Below, in pieces: positions 14,044-27,430 of a DNA stretch of 64,000 nt. Origin of the DNA: Eledone cirrhosa (lineage: Eukaryota). Positions within the stretch are counted from its first letter, which is position 1. The number at the start of each line of letters is the position of its first letter. The notes beneath the pieces are model-generated. The model was given only the letters and a program-made list of their open reading frames with translations, made no database searches and was not told the DNA's origin. The translations under genes were made by a program, and so were the position numbers. The stretch lies in NCBI GenBank assembly GCA_964016885.1, contig OZ024742.1:310682001-310746000 (forward strand), given 5' to 3'.

Positions 14044-15207
14044 CCAGATTTTATATAACCAAAGTCTCCACACACAATCCAGTCACGAACACGTCAAAAA
14101 AATTCCTGGTAAAAGCAGCAGCAATCCGAACAGCACGTGCGTAAACAATCTATACAAAACAGAAAAGGAAATAACACAAAGTGCCCAAGTCATTAAATCC
14201 ACCAGGTACCCCAGCATGTCTGCTAGGTGGGGTCAACCCCAAACATGTATACAGAGATTATATAAGACAGCTTACATACCCCGTAAATTAATAAATCTGG
14301 CTCTAAATAACATGTTACTTCGTTCACCGCCGCTAAGGGTATAAAAATGCACATTAATTGATGACGTTTTCAGTCATCAAATAATAATGACGTAAAAGTG
14401 GTAAATAAAGGGGGACTACTCTAATTTGTCATTTATAGGGTTATTTAATTGGAACTATAAACAAAATAAAAATAAACAGAAAAAAATAATATTTAATCAC
14501 CAACAGAACCTCATACTAATTCGACAAATTCGTACTAATAAAAACTATATTGTTATTAAATATTAATGGACCTGGAGCATTGTCAAGAGTATCACACTAA
14601 AGACTATTAAAACTCGGTTACTATATGAAAAGTCGAAAAGTCCGACAGTAGCATTACCAGTACCAAAATGGGGGAGTGTTCAAACAGGAGTAAAGATTTA
14701 AACTCTACGGTAAAGGGAACTCACAAATTCCTAATGTGCAAGCCCGGTGTTCTCAATCCCGGTATGACCTGTATGTATTACCAAGGGTGGGGAGTGGGCA
14801 GTGTGCGCAAGTTCCGCATTAGGAAGGGTCCAACTATTTAACTATATACGCCCAAATGGGTCTGTGGGACTAAGTCCAATGGGGCTAGTCGTAATAGTAA
14901 TAAGTTGTTACCTATATATGATCCAATATCATTCGTCATCAATATTCAGGATGTTACGCTAACTATTATAAAATAATATTAATACTATAAGAATTGTACA
15001 AATAAAAACGATAAAAATAAAAACGATAAAATTAATTATTATTAATGGACCTCCAGGATTGTCAGGTGCGTCGTACGATAGACCATTAAAACCCGGTTAC
15101 CTAGTGATATGTCAATAAGCCCGATTGCTTCACTATTTCTATTATGGGTGAGTGTTCAAACGGGTTGGGTTCAATCAGAAAGTATATATATATATAATAA
15201 TAATAAT

Positions 15208-15393
15208 AATTTTTTCTACTTTGGGCACAAAGTCAGCAAATTACCCAGTACATTACTGGTACTTTATTTTATCGACCCCGTAAGGATGTAAGGCAAAGTT
15301 AACCTCTATGGGATTTGAACTCAGACCGTAAAGGGACGTAACTATGCTAGAAAGCCTGGCATCCAGCCCTCTACCGATACTGCCAATTCACCA
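15208..15393 (-). mobile_element. tRNA-derived SINE
   Basis: Reverse complement of the 7771-7960 family. Confidence 0.9.
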
Positions 15394-15534
15394 TAATAAT
15401 AATAATATTAATATTAATAATTCAAGGACGATTTGTTTATATATATAGTATGAGCGATATATTTACAAACGATATATTTACAAACGATATATTTACAAAC
15501 TGTGAGACTTTACACCCTATAGATTGGAAATAGC

Positions 15535-15690
15535 TATCTCAAGAGCTGTTCTATCCGTTGGAAATTCTCTGAATTTCAAATCTTTTGTGAAGCGAAACCG
15601 TCGGTAATAGCATTTTGGACAGGTGAATATTTCAATCGTATTTTAATTTATTTAAAAGATTGTTTAATGTTTGCTTGTTCCGCTCATCTC
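15535..15690 (+). mobile_element. Family G fragment with degenerate hammerhead
   Basis: Reverse-complement homology to 20357-20510; core reads CTCAAGA...GAAACCGTCGGTA. Confidence 0.7.
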
Positions 15691-15796
15691 AATTTTATAG
15701 TTCTAGTATCTCAAATTAGTACCATTGAACAACAAATGTATTATAGACACCCTATATATTTCCGTAGGTACTTAGTACCTGTGGGGATATTAATCT

Positions 15797-15875
<79 letters not shown>

Positions 15876-15942
15876 GTAATTAAATATGTATACGATGCAA
15901 TACTGATTCTTTCTTCCCATTTATTATCATATATATATATAT

Positions 15943-16296
<354 letters not shown>

Positions 16297-16871
16297 TTGA
16301 GAAAGGACACGTGACCCCGCTGCCAAAATTACTGCTAGAGTACTCGGCAGTAGAGTTACTAACCCGCGCTCCTGAAAATGGAATGAAACGCCTGTTGTGA
16401 AAGAAATATCCTCGTTCCATCTTAGGATACATTACTGGCTTGCATGTTACGCAACTTGGAGTGTAGCTTTCAGATTCCCAGAAACCAATCGAAGATATTT
16501 ATAGAATATCTATCGATCAGGTCCAAGGTTCGTCTTTAGCCTGTTTGTATTTTCGTTGTTATAGTGGTTTTTGTGGCAACATATCTCCGGTCGCAATTTT
16601 CACTGTGTCACACCCCTAACGTATAGTTATTACTTTGAGCTATAATTTATCGATTTATCGATATCCCCTTATTGAGTGCTTTGTACCAGCTTCAGAAGAT
16701 TGATTTCGAAAAATGGCAATCGCAGCTGCAACTTCGATTTTACTCACTTTTATATGTATGTATGGATGTATGGCTGGATGGCTGGATGTATATGAGAGAG
16801 AGAGGAGAAGAGAGATAGAGAGAGAGAGGAGAAGTGAGATAGAGATAGAGAGAGAGAGACTGAGAGAGAGA

Positions 16872-16949
<78 letters not shown>

Positions 16950-17613
16950 TGTGTGTGTGTGTGTGTGTGTGTTTGTCCGTGACCGAAAGATAAGGAGCGG
17001 AGAGAGAGGAGGAAAATACATATATAACCGACTAGGAGATTAAAAAGACACAAACAAACATTCGTTCAAATAAACAAGTGATCGATAAGGATATCTTTTT
17101 ATATATTTTGATAATTTGATTGATTTATAAGCTTTTTATAAATGAAGTATTTAATGAAGATTCAATCTTAAAGCGTTTGTAATTATAAACCGGATAATGA
17201 AAAATAAATATAACATTTTTTGGGGGATAAATATACAAAACAAATCACCAATTATATAAAACAGTGAGGTGATAGAATTTCATATGAAAAACTTGATAAC
17301 GACGAAATAGCATGTGAACTTTAAACTGACACGCCTAGCATAACTCTAATTCGAAGGGTCGATTTTAAGTAAGTAACACTTGGAAATTTAGCTATTAAGG
17401 GCGGAGTGAGACAGAAAAATGGATAGAGTTTAAACTGTTTATCAGATAGCAAGAGTTTAGTAAACATTCATCAATTTATGGGGCAGATTTTGTAAACTCA
17501 CACCCAAATAATCTCAGTGGAGTATATGCGTACCTCCTCTATATTTCTTTGCGTGCGTCTATACGTACACAAATGCACACACACACACACACACACACTG
17601 ATATGCACATATG

Positions 17614-17645
<32 letters not shown>

Positions 17646-17851
17646 AGCATACGTATATATACATATATATATGCATATATATATATAAACATACACACGG
17701 GCACACACACACACACGCACACACATATATGTATATATATACATACTTACATATATATATATACATATATATATAAATATACATATCTATATATACATAT
17801 ATAAATATACATATCTATATATACATATCTATATGTATACATATATATATT

Positions 17852-17927
<76 letters not shown>

Positions 17928-20312
17928 CATATATGCATACGCAACTCTTCTAAAACAGTTCAACCATAATTTGCAGGCGATTAGATTAGGTTTCAAAATT
18001 AATGAGAGTTTTATTTCATTAAATGTATGCTATTTAACCCGTGGAAAAACAAATACACTTCGTTTTAAGGCAGCCTTTTGTCTAAAATGTCACCGAAAAT
18101 CAAATTCTTTACCATAAGAAGAAATATGCTAAGTTCAAGACTCTCGTTTTTATTATGAAATGAACTCCGCTGATAAAGTGTCATACAAATGTCAAGTGAA
18201 TTTTGATGTCGGCATTTCCCTTCGGATGTTACGTAACTTAGTTAGGTGTTGTAGTGAGCTCTAGTTAACATAAAGTGAGAAGTAGTTGGCGGGATCAGTT
18301 GGCTGTCCTACAACAGATCCGAGATCACCAGTTCACAACATGGGTTCTCTTGGAAAATGAACAAAATATAATTAAGCGCTGGTTAATGCAAAACTCTAGG
18401 CTACGATTTGGCCAACTCTTGTAACAACATTGACTACATTCCTATATATTGTTTATACCAGTCTAACATCTAGTAAGTCGGAGTAATACGATGGTTCACT
18501 AAAGAAGTTTAATAAAACCAGATATGACTGGAATTTTCTTCTCTGTATACAATATTTTAATCAATATTTATTTCAGAGTTGCCTCCCTTAGCGTTGTGAA
18601 AAAATTATCAATAACACCAATGATATTTTTCTTTGTTACGAGGGTAATTTTAATTGATCAATTATTTTTGTTTTCGTTGGCTCACAACATGGAGTGTATT
18701 AGTCCCTTCCCGTGAATATGTCCAACTCAGCTCCAAGCAAAGAAGTGTATTATATTAATTAATATTTCGTTAGTTTATAGTATTTAAATTCACACATATC
18801 TTAAAACGCAACGCGAAAGAAGAGATCTTACTGGATACTCCCATACACGGAAAGATGTGGAAGGAGGCAGGATCAGTTGGAATTTGATCGCACCACGATA
18901 CCTTTGGCAGTGTAAAACATTCTAAAGCAGCAGCAGCAGCACTAGTGACAGCAACAACAACGACAACAAAACCATTGTTTTGAAATATAGTTTGTGCTGA
19001 TAGTGACATAAACACCCAGTGAATAGTGACACCGACATCTATCGCCAATAAGTGTCACAATTGCCGTGACTTCATATTTCCCTTGTGTATAGTACATTAC
19101 AAGACTAGTTATTTCCCTTCACTCTGTATATTTCAGATCACCATTGTGTAAATTAGATATCAAATCATAGGGAAATATTTGGGTTTGATAGAGTTGTGTT
19201 CTAACCTACGAAATACGTACACTCATTCCTGTCTTATACAGTAACTATGGTCCTCTAACTCCTGGGGAGTCGTAGGGGCGCTTTAATGACATACGGCGTT
19301 TCTTGGAAATTTTAAGCCTACCGCCGGAACCCATCTCTCTCTAGGCATGAGTATAGCAGATTTCTTCCAGAAAAAGAATCGATCCCAATACTAGACTGGT
19401 ATTTTTTTTATCGACCTCGAAAGTCAAAGTTGACTCCGGCGGGATTTGAACTCCGAGAGCAGAGAGCTGTCTTAGCTCCGTAAAAAATTAATATGAATAA
19501 ATAAATTAATTAATTAAAACAAAGCCGCAATGATATGTCTCGTCAATAGTAAATTATATGTTTTAATATCAGATATGCACCTCCTTTACATCAACTTATG
19601 TGTTTTACTTCACCTGTGTTTAATTGTGTTTCATGGAGGTTAAACGAATTATTGGTAACTCTTCACTGGAACAGATCGATAATCTAATGAAATTAACTAC
19701 TTTCACTGGCGAAACTAAATTCAACATGTAAGTCATGTAAAGGCTCTCTTACTTAAAGCAGTGAGTTACTCCAACTGTACAGCACAGTAACTTTCTTACA
19801 TCATTTGGGTGCTAAGTCTATTAAAGACGGATCAATGCAGTATTAGTGTCAGAGTTAAGAGGATTGCTAATGCCTACACTTAGTATCGCCATGTTTAACT
19901 AATTGCATTGGCAAAGTTATGTGGCGCCATAACCACATACTTCTCTAAACCAACCGGAGTTTCATATTCTACTACAAGCTGTGACGCAATGTTTTCTTCT
20001 CCTGGACAGATTTCTGGATTCTGCTAGAGTAACATGAATAAATCTACCATTTTCCATTTGCATTTATTTGTTCCATTTTAGTTTATCTTTCCAGAGCAAT
20101 TGCTGTCCACTGAATATTACAACCTGCAGCAATAAGTGCCAGAGTCAAGTGTGATAATGTGTATAATAAACATATATATGCATTATACACATATATACAA
20201 TATATACACACAGACATACACACATATTCACATACGTATATGTGTAGATATATATCTCTATATGTAAGTATATATATCATAATTTATCATACACACAAAC
20301 ACGCATAAATAT

Positions 20313-20358
<46 letters not shown>

Positions 20359-20432
20359 GAGCGGAACAAGTGATCATCAAACAATCTTTGAAGTAAATTA
20401 AAAAACGATTTAAATATTCACCTGTTCTATTG

Positions 20433-20510
20433 CCGTTACCGACGGTTTCACTAATCAAAAGATTGGAAATTCAGAGAATTTCCAATGGAAAGTATTAGAT
20501 CTTCAGACAG
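20433..20510 (-). ncRNA. Type I hammerhead motif (family G)
   Basis: Minus strand: CTGT-CTGAAGA-TCTAAT..ATTGGAAATTC/GAATTTCCAAT..ATTAGT-GAAA-CCGTCGG-TA-ACGG. Confidence 0.75.
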
Positions 20511-20593
20511 ATATTTCCGTACCATAGAGAAAATATCGCTTCTTGCCCGTTGCATGGGGTCAGGCCGTTAAAGTGACACACACACAAAAATAG

Positions 20594-20838
<245 letters not shown>

Positions 20839-20896
20839 AACGCTCTGAATCCATCAACACCTAAAACACAGAGCTGGCATATCTAAGATCTGACTA

Positions 20897-20952
20897 ACTG
20901 CCTGATGAGGTCATAGCCATTCAATGGCTATCATCGAAATATATATAGCAGT
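20897..20952 (+). ncRNA. Type I hammerhead motif
   Basis: ACTGC-CTGATGA-GGTCATAGCCATT/AATGGCTATCATC-GAAA-TATATA-TA-GCAGT. Confidence 0.85.
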
Positions 20953-21999
20953 AAATATATATACCAGTAAATATATATATATATATATATATGAATAAAT
21001 TTAGTCCTTCATCAGTGATCTTCCAGCCTTCATTGCTATTTCATCGCTTTAAAGAGCATATACCTCCGGTTGGTGCGAACAACGGCTAAAGAAAGTCGTT
21101 GGGACACGTAAATAGGGGGAACGAGCGAGACAGTAAACAAACAAAGATGGTGAAGCAACGAAAAGTGAGGAAGAAGGAGTCAAGTCCCTGAAATCGATGA
21201 ACATAAGTTCTGTGAAATCCTGGACGAGAGAGAATAAAGACCATCAAACCTGGTCGAAATTTGAGTAAGGTAAGACAATGAAGGCTGGAAAATCACTGAT
21301 GAAGGACTAAATTTATTCATATGTAACCCATTTGCAACCACGCATATGTTTTCATATTTTTTTAATATATATTTATAGATAGATAGATAGATAGATAATA
21401 AACAACACGATATAATTATACCATTACCAAAGGTTTCAGGAAAGTAGTTGATCTTAACAGAAACGTCCAGCACGTTCATCAGATGAAATATTTATGTTAT
21501 GGATATAAGATTTTAAATTAAAATCTATTGAAAATGAAAGTGAGGCTGAATTAAAATAACGGAAAGAATACATGAAAGAATACACAGAATCAGATATACA
21601 TACATGCATATATACATAAAATAAAAAATAAAAGATATACATACATACACTGATTATACCTTAGGCTAGGCTTCACAGGAACAGAAAGAACACAACTAGT
21701 TAGGAAATTACAAGTACAATCCATTAATGGAACAGTAAAAATATGTAAAACATTCCAAAAATGTTGCATCTAATAACTGCGTATACACATGTACAGATGC
21801 AAAGCATATACACATGCACACATACAACTGAAAACATCCACATCCACACATATAATAACATCCATATCTACACATGCATGCATACATACATATCTAGCTA
21901 GTTGATGTGTAAATTCCAATGAGAGAGTCTCGTGTCTATGTTAGAAACCGACTCTCTCTCTATTGGTAAAACTTTGTGAAATTATAAAACCAGAAGAAC

Positions 22000-22056
<57 letters not shown>

Positions 22057-22100
22057 TACATACATACATACATACATACATACATACATACATACATACA

Positions 22101-22179
22101 TGATGATGGCTGCCCCCTCGTTATTGAGTATGGCCATTGCCGAGCAAAAAAAAAAAAAAATAAATAAAATTAAAAAAAG

Positions 22180-22250
<71 letters not shown>

Positions 22251-22470
22251 TATATACATACATATACATTAATAACAATAATAATAATAATAATAATAAC
22301 AACAACAATAATAATAACGACAACAACAACAATAATAATATACATATCCATATATATATACAGACACACGCACACACATAAACATATCTATACACACACA
22401 CGATAGCAACTAACACCGCTGCGATCGAATGTGACTTTTTAGCCCAGCCAATGATCTAAAATACATTAAA
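22101..22470 (+). mobile_element. Family E short copy 4 in (TACA)n
   Basis: TGATGGCTGCCCCCTCGTTA..GAGTATGGCCA shared with 8562 and the reverse complement of 10895-10926; GTGACTTTTTAG.CCAGCCA shared with 10826-10848; (TACA)n on both sides. Confidence 0.7.
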
Positions 22471-22940
22471 ATACATACATACATACATACATACATACAT
22501 ACATACATACATACATACATACATACATACATACATACATACATACATACATACGCATAAATAATATCATATAAATATGTGATAAAATATAAATAATAAA
22601 TAATTAAAAAAAATAGAAATTATGAATAAAATTAGTAAATGAAAAACAAAACGATACAATGGTAGGCCAGGCAAATACTAGCGCACATATACAAATATAA
22701 AAAAATATATAAAAACACGCACGTATATATGTACATACATACACATATAGAAACGCACGTGCATATACAAGTCAGTGTCAATAAATATGCAGAAAAATAC
22801 CGTGTGGACATAGACATATATAAGCAAATTAAGAAAACTGGCGTGCGTAAATAAAATAATATAAATACCTACATACTTATATACATGCACAAATACCCGC
22901 GTATATACATATAGAAATATATATATACACACATAAAATC

Positions 22941-23010
<70 letters not shown>

Positions 23011-23039
23011 TACATATATAATGGCAACATGACTGGACT

Positions 23040-23375
<336 letters not shown>

Positions 23376-24252
23376 CAAAAATAAAGATGCTGATGTTACA
23401 TGAATCGTTTAATCATTATAATTATAATTAGTCCAACGGTTCTCCCAAGCAATCAACAAGTCTTTCATGCATTTGTTGTTGTTACGAGAACGGTATCCTC
23501 AGATGAAAAAATCCGATTTAATGATATGCTGCCGGCATTCTCTTCGGAACATATATATATATATATATATATTTCGTTTCTGAATTTGTTTAGCAAGATT
23601 CTTTATCTGAAATCGTGTGTTGAAACCGATATTGTTATACTTTGGGAGGGTCATATTGCCAATTATAAACACACGCACCAGTTGCTTTCACTTCAATTTA
23701 TTATAATAAATTTATAATAAATTTATAAATTTATAAATTTATAAATTTCTGGTTGGTTGGTTGGTTCCACAACCAGATAGTTGTTTATATATAGTCATAG
23801 TTCTTTCGTCACACACTATGTGACCTCTTCAGTGACTGGGGATTCCTTTCTTTGTTTCTGTGCCTCTCCTTTGTTCTGTCCTACGCCATTTTGTTTCTGT
23901 GTGTGTTGTGTGCTCAGTCTGCGCATGCGCCACATCCGGGTGTCTGTGTGTGTTTATGTTCATTTATTTATTTGTTTATTTACATATTACTGGTTGGTTG
24001 TTTGTTCTATGTGTGTGTGTGTTTTCATTTTGTCCTTAATTGTAAGTTGTGATGTTGCTGTTCCACTCATATTTTCTATTTAATTTTGGTTGTAATTCTT
24101 TTATGTTTATTGCCTCTGTAATTTGTCTAAACATTGCGTCTTTTCTGTGTGTAGATTCTATTTTTATTTCTATGTTCTCTAATTTACCCTTGTGTTCTAT
24201 TTTAGCATGTTGGTAGAGTACAGATGGTTCTTTACTATCTTGAAGGTCTCGC

Positions 24253-24570
24253 CTGTATAGCATAAGATGTACTGAAGGACAATGTAGATACAAAAATATA
24301 GTGTACATAGGTGAGACAGCTCGTAGTGTAGGGGAACGGATAAATGAACACTGGCCAGACCTTCAAGATAGTAAAGAATCATCTGTACTCTACCAACATG
24401 CTAAAATAGAACACAAGGGTAAATTAGAGAACATAGAAATAAAAATAGAATCTACACACAGAAAAGACGCAATGTTTAGACAAATTACAGAGGCAATAAA
24501 CATAAAAGAATTACAACCAAAATTAAATAGAAAATATGAGTGGAACAGCAACATCACAACTTACAATTAA
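24253..24570 (+). pseudogene. PLE GIY-YIG endonuclease fragment
   Basis: LYSIRC...C....VYIGETARSVGERINEH...S.LYQH..H...R.ITEA..I....P.LNR. Confidence 0.88.
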
Positions 24571-24770
24571 GGACAAAATGAAAACACACACACACATAGA
24601 ACAAACAACCAATCAGTAACATGTAAATAAACAAATAAATAAATGAACATAAACACACACAGACACCCGGATGTGGCGCATGCGCAGACTGAGCACACAA
24701 CACACACACAGAAACAAAATGGCGTAGGACAGAACAAAGGAGAGGCACAGAAACAAAGAAAGGAATCCCC

Positions 24771-24815
24771 AGTCACTGAAGAGGTCACAGAGTGTGTGAC
24801 GAAAGAACTATGACT
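24771..24815 (+). ncRNA. Type I hammerhead motif (family B)
   Basis: AGTCA-CTGAAGA-GGTCACA..TGTGAC-GAAA-GAAC-TA-TGACT. Confidence 0.85.
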
Positions 24816-24955
24816 ATATATAAACAACTATCTGGTTGTGGAACCAACCAACCAACCAGAAATTTATAAATTTATAAATTTATTATAATAAATTGAAGTG
24901 AAACAACTGGTGCGTGTGTTTCTTATTGGCAACATGACCCTCCCAAAGTATAACA

Positions 24956-24995
<40 letters not shown>

Positions 24996-25601
24996 ATATA
25001 GGTATATATTAACAACACACATACACCTAAATAAGTACAGTTACATGCATACTCATATACGTATGTGCACGTATACACACACACATACAGAGAGAGAGGG
25101 GGGAGAGGTTTTTGTGTAGGATGCCCAAGTTTCGCCTTCTAGATTATACTCAAAAAGTATTGGTTTTCTTGAGTTCACTGTGAATCTCCCTGAGAATTCT
25201 GTTAAGGGTACACCTATGTGAGGAATGCTCATTTAATCACACTTAAATTCCAAGAGTAAGCTGTTCTCTTGTCGAACAACTGAAACACTCATCTTTGAAA
25301 CCGACGGAGTTTTATTCCATTCCATAATAATATCTGAGTTGTTGTTGTTACTGCTGCTGCTCACTGCCACTTATTTCACATTGTGTCTTATTGTTGTCTT
25401 TAATATCTTAATATGTATTTCCGTAGTATCAAATGAGACCATGTCTTGTTTCTAAAGGGAAGATATAGTTCTTCAGAAGGGCTACACATTTACACTCTTG
25501 TCACACTAATAAGCAAACCACTATGACTATAGAAATTAATATGTGCGTGCGTGTGTACACACACACGGTAATAGATTATACATATGTATAGGGATATGGA
25601 G

Positions 25602-25790
25602 TGGAGGCACGTGGCCTTGTGGTAAGTGTGTTGGACTTACGATCATAATGTCGTGGGTTCGATTCCTGGGTCGCGTGTTTTGTTTTTGAGCAAAACACTT
25701 CATTTCACATTGCTCCAATATACTCATCTGAAAATGAGTACCAGCAATAGCTGGGGGGTTAACCCTACGATGGACTATATTTCCCTTTGC
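25602..25790 (+). mobile_element. Second tRNA-derived SINE family
   Basis: GTGGCCTTGTGGTAAG (A box), GGGTTCGATTCC (B box), TTGAGCAAAACACTT..AAATGAGTACC core; degenerate relative at about 41345-41530. Confidence 0.8.
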
Positions 25791-26072
25791 AATATAACGG
25801 TAGTTTTGTTCATATATCAACATGTGTTTGCCATTGTATGCAGAAGTTACTGCACACAGATAAATATTTAACCGGTCACTTTCACAAACACCACACCTAA
25901 CATTTCACCCTATTTACACCGGTTACAATATAACGGTATCTTTGTTTATTCATCCACACACGCTTGCCATTGCATGTGGAAAATGACTTTAATAGTTTTC
26001 CTCTCCTATAATTCTGTGTGTGCGTGTGTGTGTGTGAGAGAGAGAGTGCGCGTGTGAAATTAATAGAAAAAT

Positions 26073-26261
26073 AATTGTTTCTACTTTTGGCACAAGGCCA
26101 GCAATTATCCCAGTACATTACTGGTACTTTATTTTATCGACCCCGTAAGGATGAAAGGCAAAGTTAACCTCGGCGGGATTTGAACTCATATCGTAAAGCG
26201 GTGTAACTATGCTGGAAATCATGGCGTCCGACCCTCTACCGATGCTGCCAATTCACCGCCC
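26073..26261 (-). mobile_element. tRNA-derived SINE with TSD
   Basis: Full unit; TAATAGAAAAATAAT on both sides. Confidence 0.92.
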
Positions 26262-26560
26262 TTAATAGAAAAATAATAATGTTGAGTGAAGAAGATTGTC
26301 ACTTAAAATTGTAAATATGTTTCGTTTTGTTTTTCAGATTATAAACAAAGGTAGAATATGTTTACTGTAAAGTGAAAAGCTTGGAAATACTTTTTCACGA
26401 CCTCAGAAACTAAATGAGAAGCACCCTATGAAAATAGCAGAGCAAGTTTATAAGTATAAGATCACAGTACCTTGTAGATTTCTATAAATGTAAATTTTCT
26501 ACAGAATGTAACAATATATAAACAAGTAAGTTTGTTTTGAAACAGCGAGCGAGTTTGAAA

Positions 26561-26765
26561 TTAGAAATAGAAGCTTTCGGCGTATTTCTTTTAGTAAAGA
26601 CATTTTAGCTTGATAGTGGGGTTTAGAACCCTCTAAGAAATGGAAAAAGATGAGTAGTGACGTCAATACTTATCTTTTTCTATTTATTGGAGGGTTCTAA
26701 AATTTTAGCCTAACATTTCTTTAGACAAAAAAAAACAAAAAACCGGCGAAAGCATCTATTTCTAA
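26561..26765. repeat. Imperfect palindrome / MITE-like foldback
   Basis: TTAGAAATAGAAGCTTTCG...CGAAAGCATCTATTTCTAA and TTTAGAACCCTC/GAGGGTTCTAAA; centred on TGACGTCA. Confidence 0.75.
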
Positions 26766-27430
26766 CAATATATAAACAAATCTACATTATAATCGTCACA
26801 CACATTTGACTATCACCTATACTGCTGATACGCTTCTATGTTCCCACTGCATGTTCACATAAATTTATGAGGTTGAATTTTGTTTCAGTTGAGTCAAGGG
26901 AGGTTTACACGCCCTTTTAGTTTTAACCATAAACTTATTATTGTTATTATTATTATAATTTGTTTGTTTTTAATTTCATGAAAAATAAATATCTAAAGAC
27001 GTTTTAAAATGTGCTTAACGCTCCGTGTGACGGCGATCCATGCTAATACCTCATGTGGACGCCGGATATCGTCTGCGTCAGTTAAGACGGATGTCGGCTG
27101 TCTTTTCTTAATAATCGGTCACCAATGTGAGAGTTATATTTCTGTTCCTTATTAATTACACCCAATATGAAGAATATCTGTTAAATGACTAAGTTTTTAG
27201 CACCTACAACTTCTTATATTCATACATTAAGAATGATTTTTTAAAAAAATAACAGCTACCCATTATATCCTCGGATATATTTTAAGCAACGCACACATAG
27301 GTTATTGTTTTTAATCCTATTTTTACCTTTATTCAGCATATTTATGATATACGGGTCGATTTCTTTTCTATTACACTTTCTCACTCCCTCCCTATCTATC
27401 TATCTATCTATCTATCTATATATCTATATA

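Larger units (their letters stand above)
11881..14345 (-). mobile_element. Family D hammerhead-bearing non-coding element (interrupted by Merlin)
   Basis: 11881-12204, 12205-12440 and 14044-14345 match parts of 34262-36004; hammerhead at 11919-11963 (-); may extend to about 15180. Confidence 0.75.
23572..24958. mobile_element. PLE family B, about 1.4-kb foldback element in (TA)n
   Basis: Arms 23629-24249 and 24357-24958 are near-perfect inverted repeats; unique tail 23572-23628; hammerheads at 23793-23837 (-) and 24771-24815 (+). Confidence 0.92.

Noticed and set aside
15456-15500. 3x CGATATATTTACAAA as a CRISPR-like array
   Set aside because: No spacers; simple tandem repeat in eukaryotic DNA.
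21180-21560. Possible PLE RT remnant (NVLDVSV) on the minus strand
   Set aside because: Too short and degenerate to support without a profile search.
26338-26525. Possible host exon (TTTTCAG...GTAAGT)
   Set aside because: Stops in all three frames; a non-coding exon cannot be supported without transcripts.
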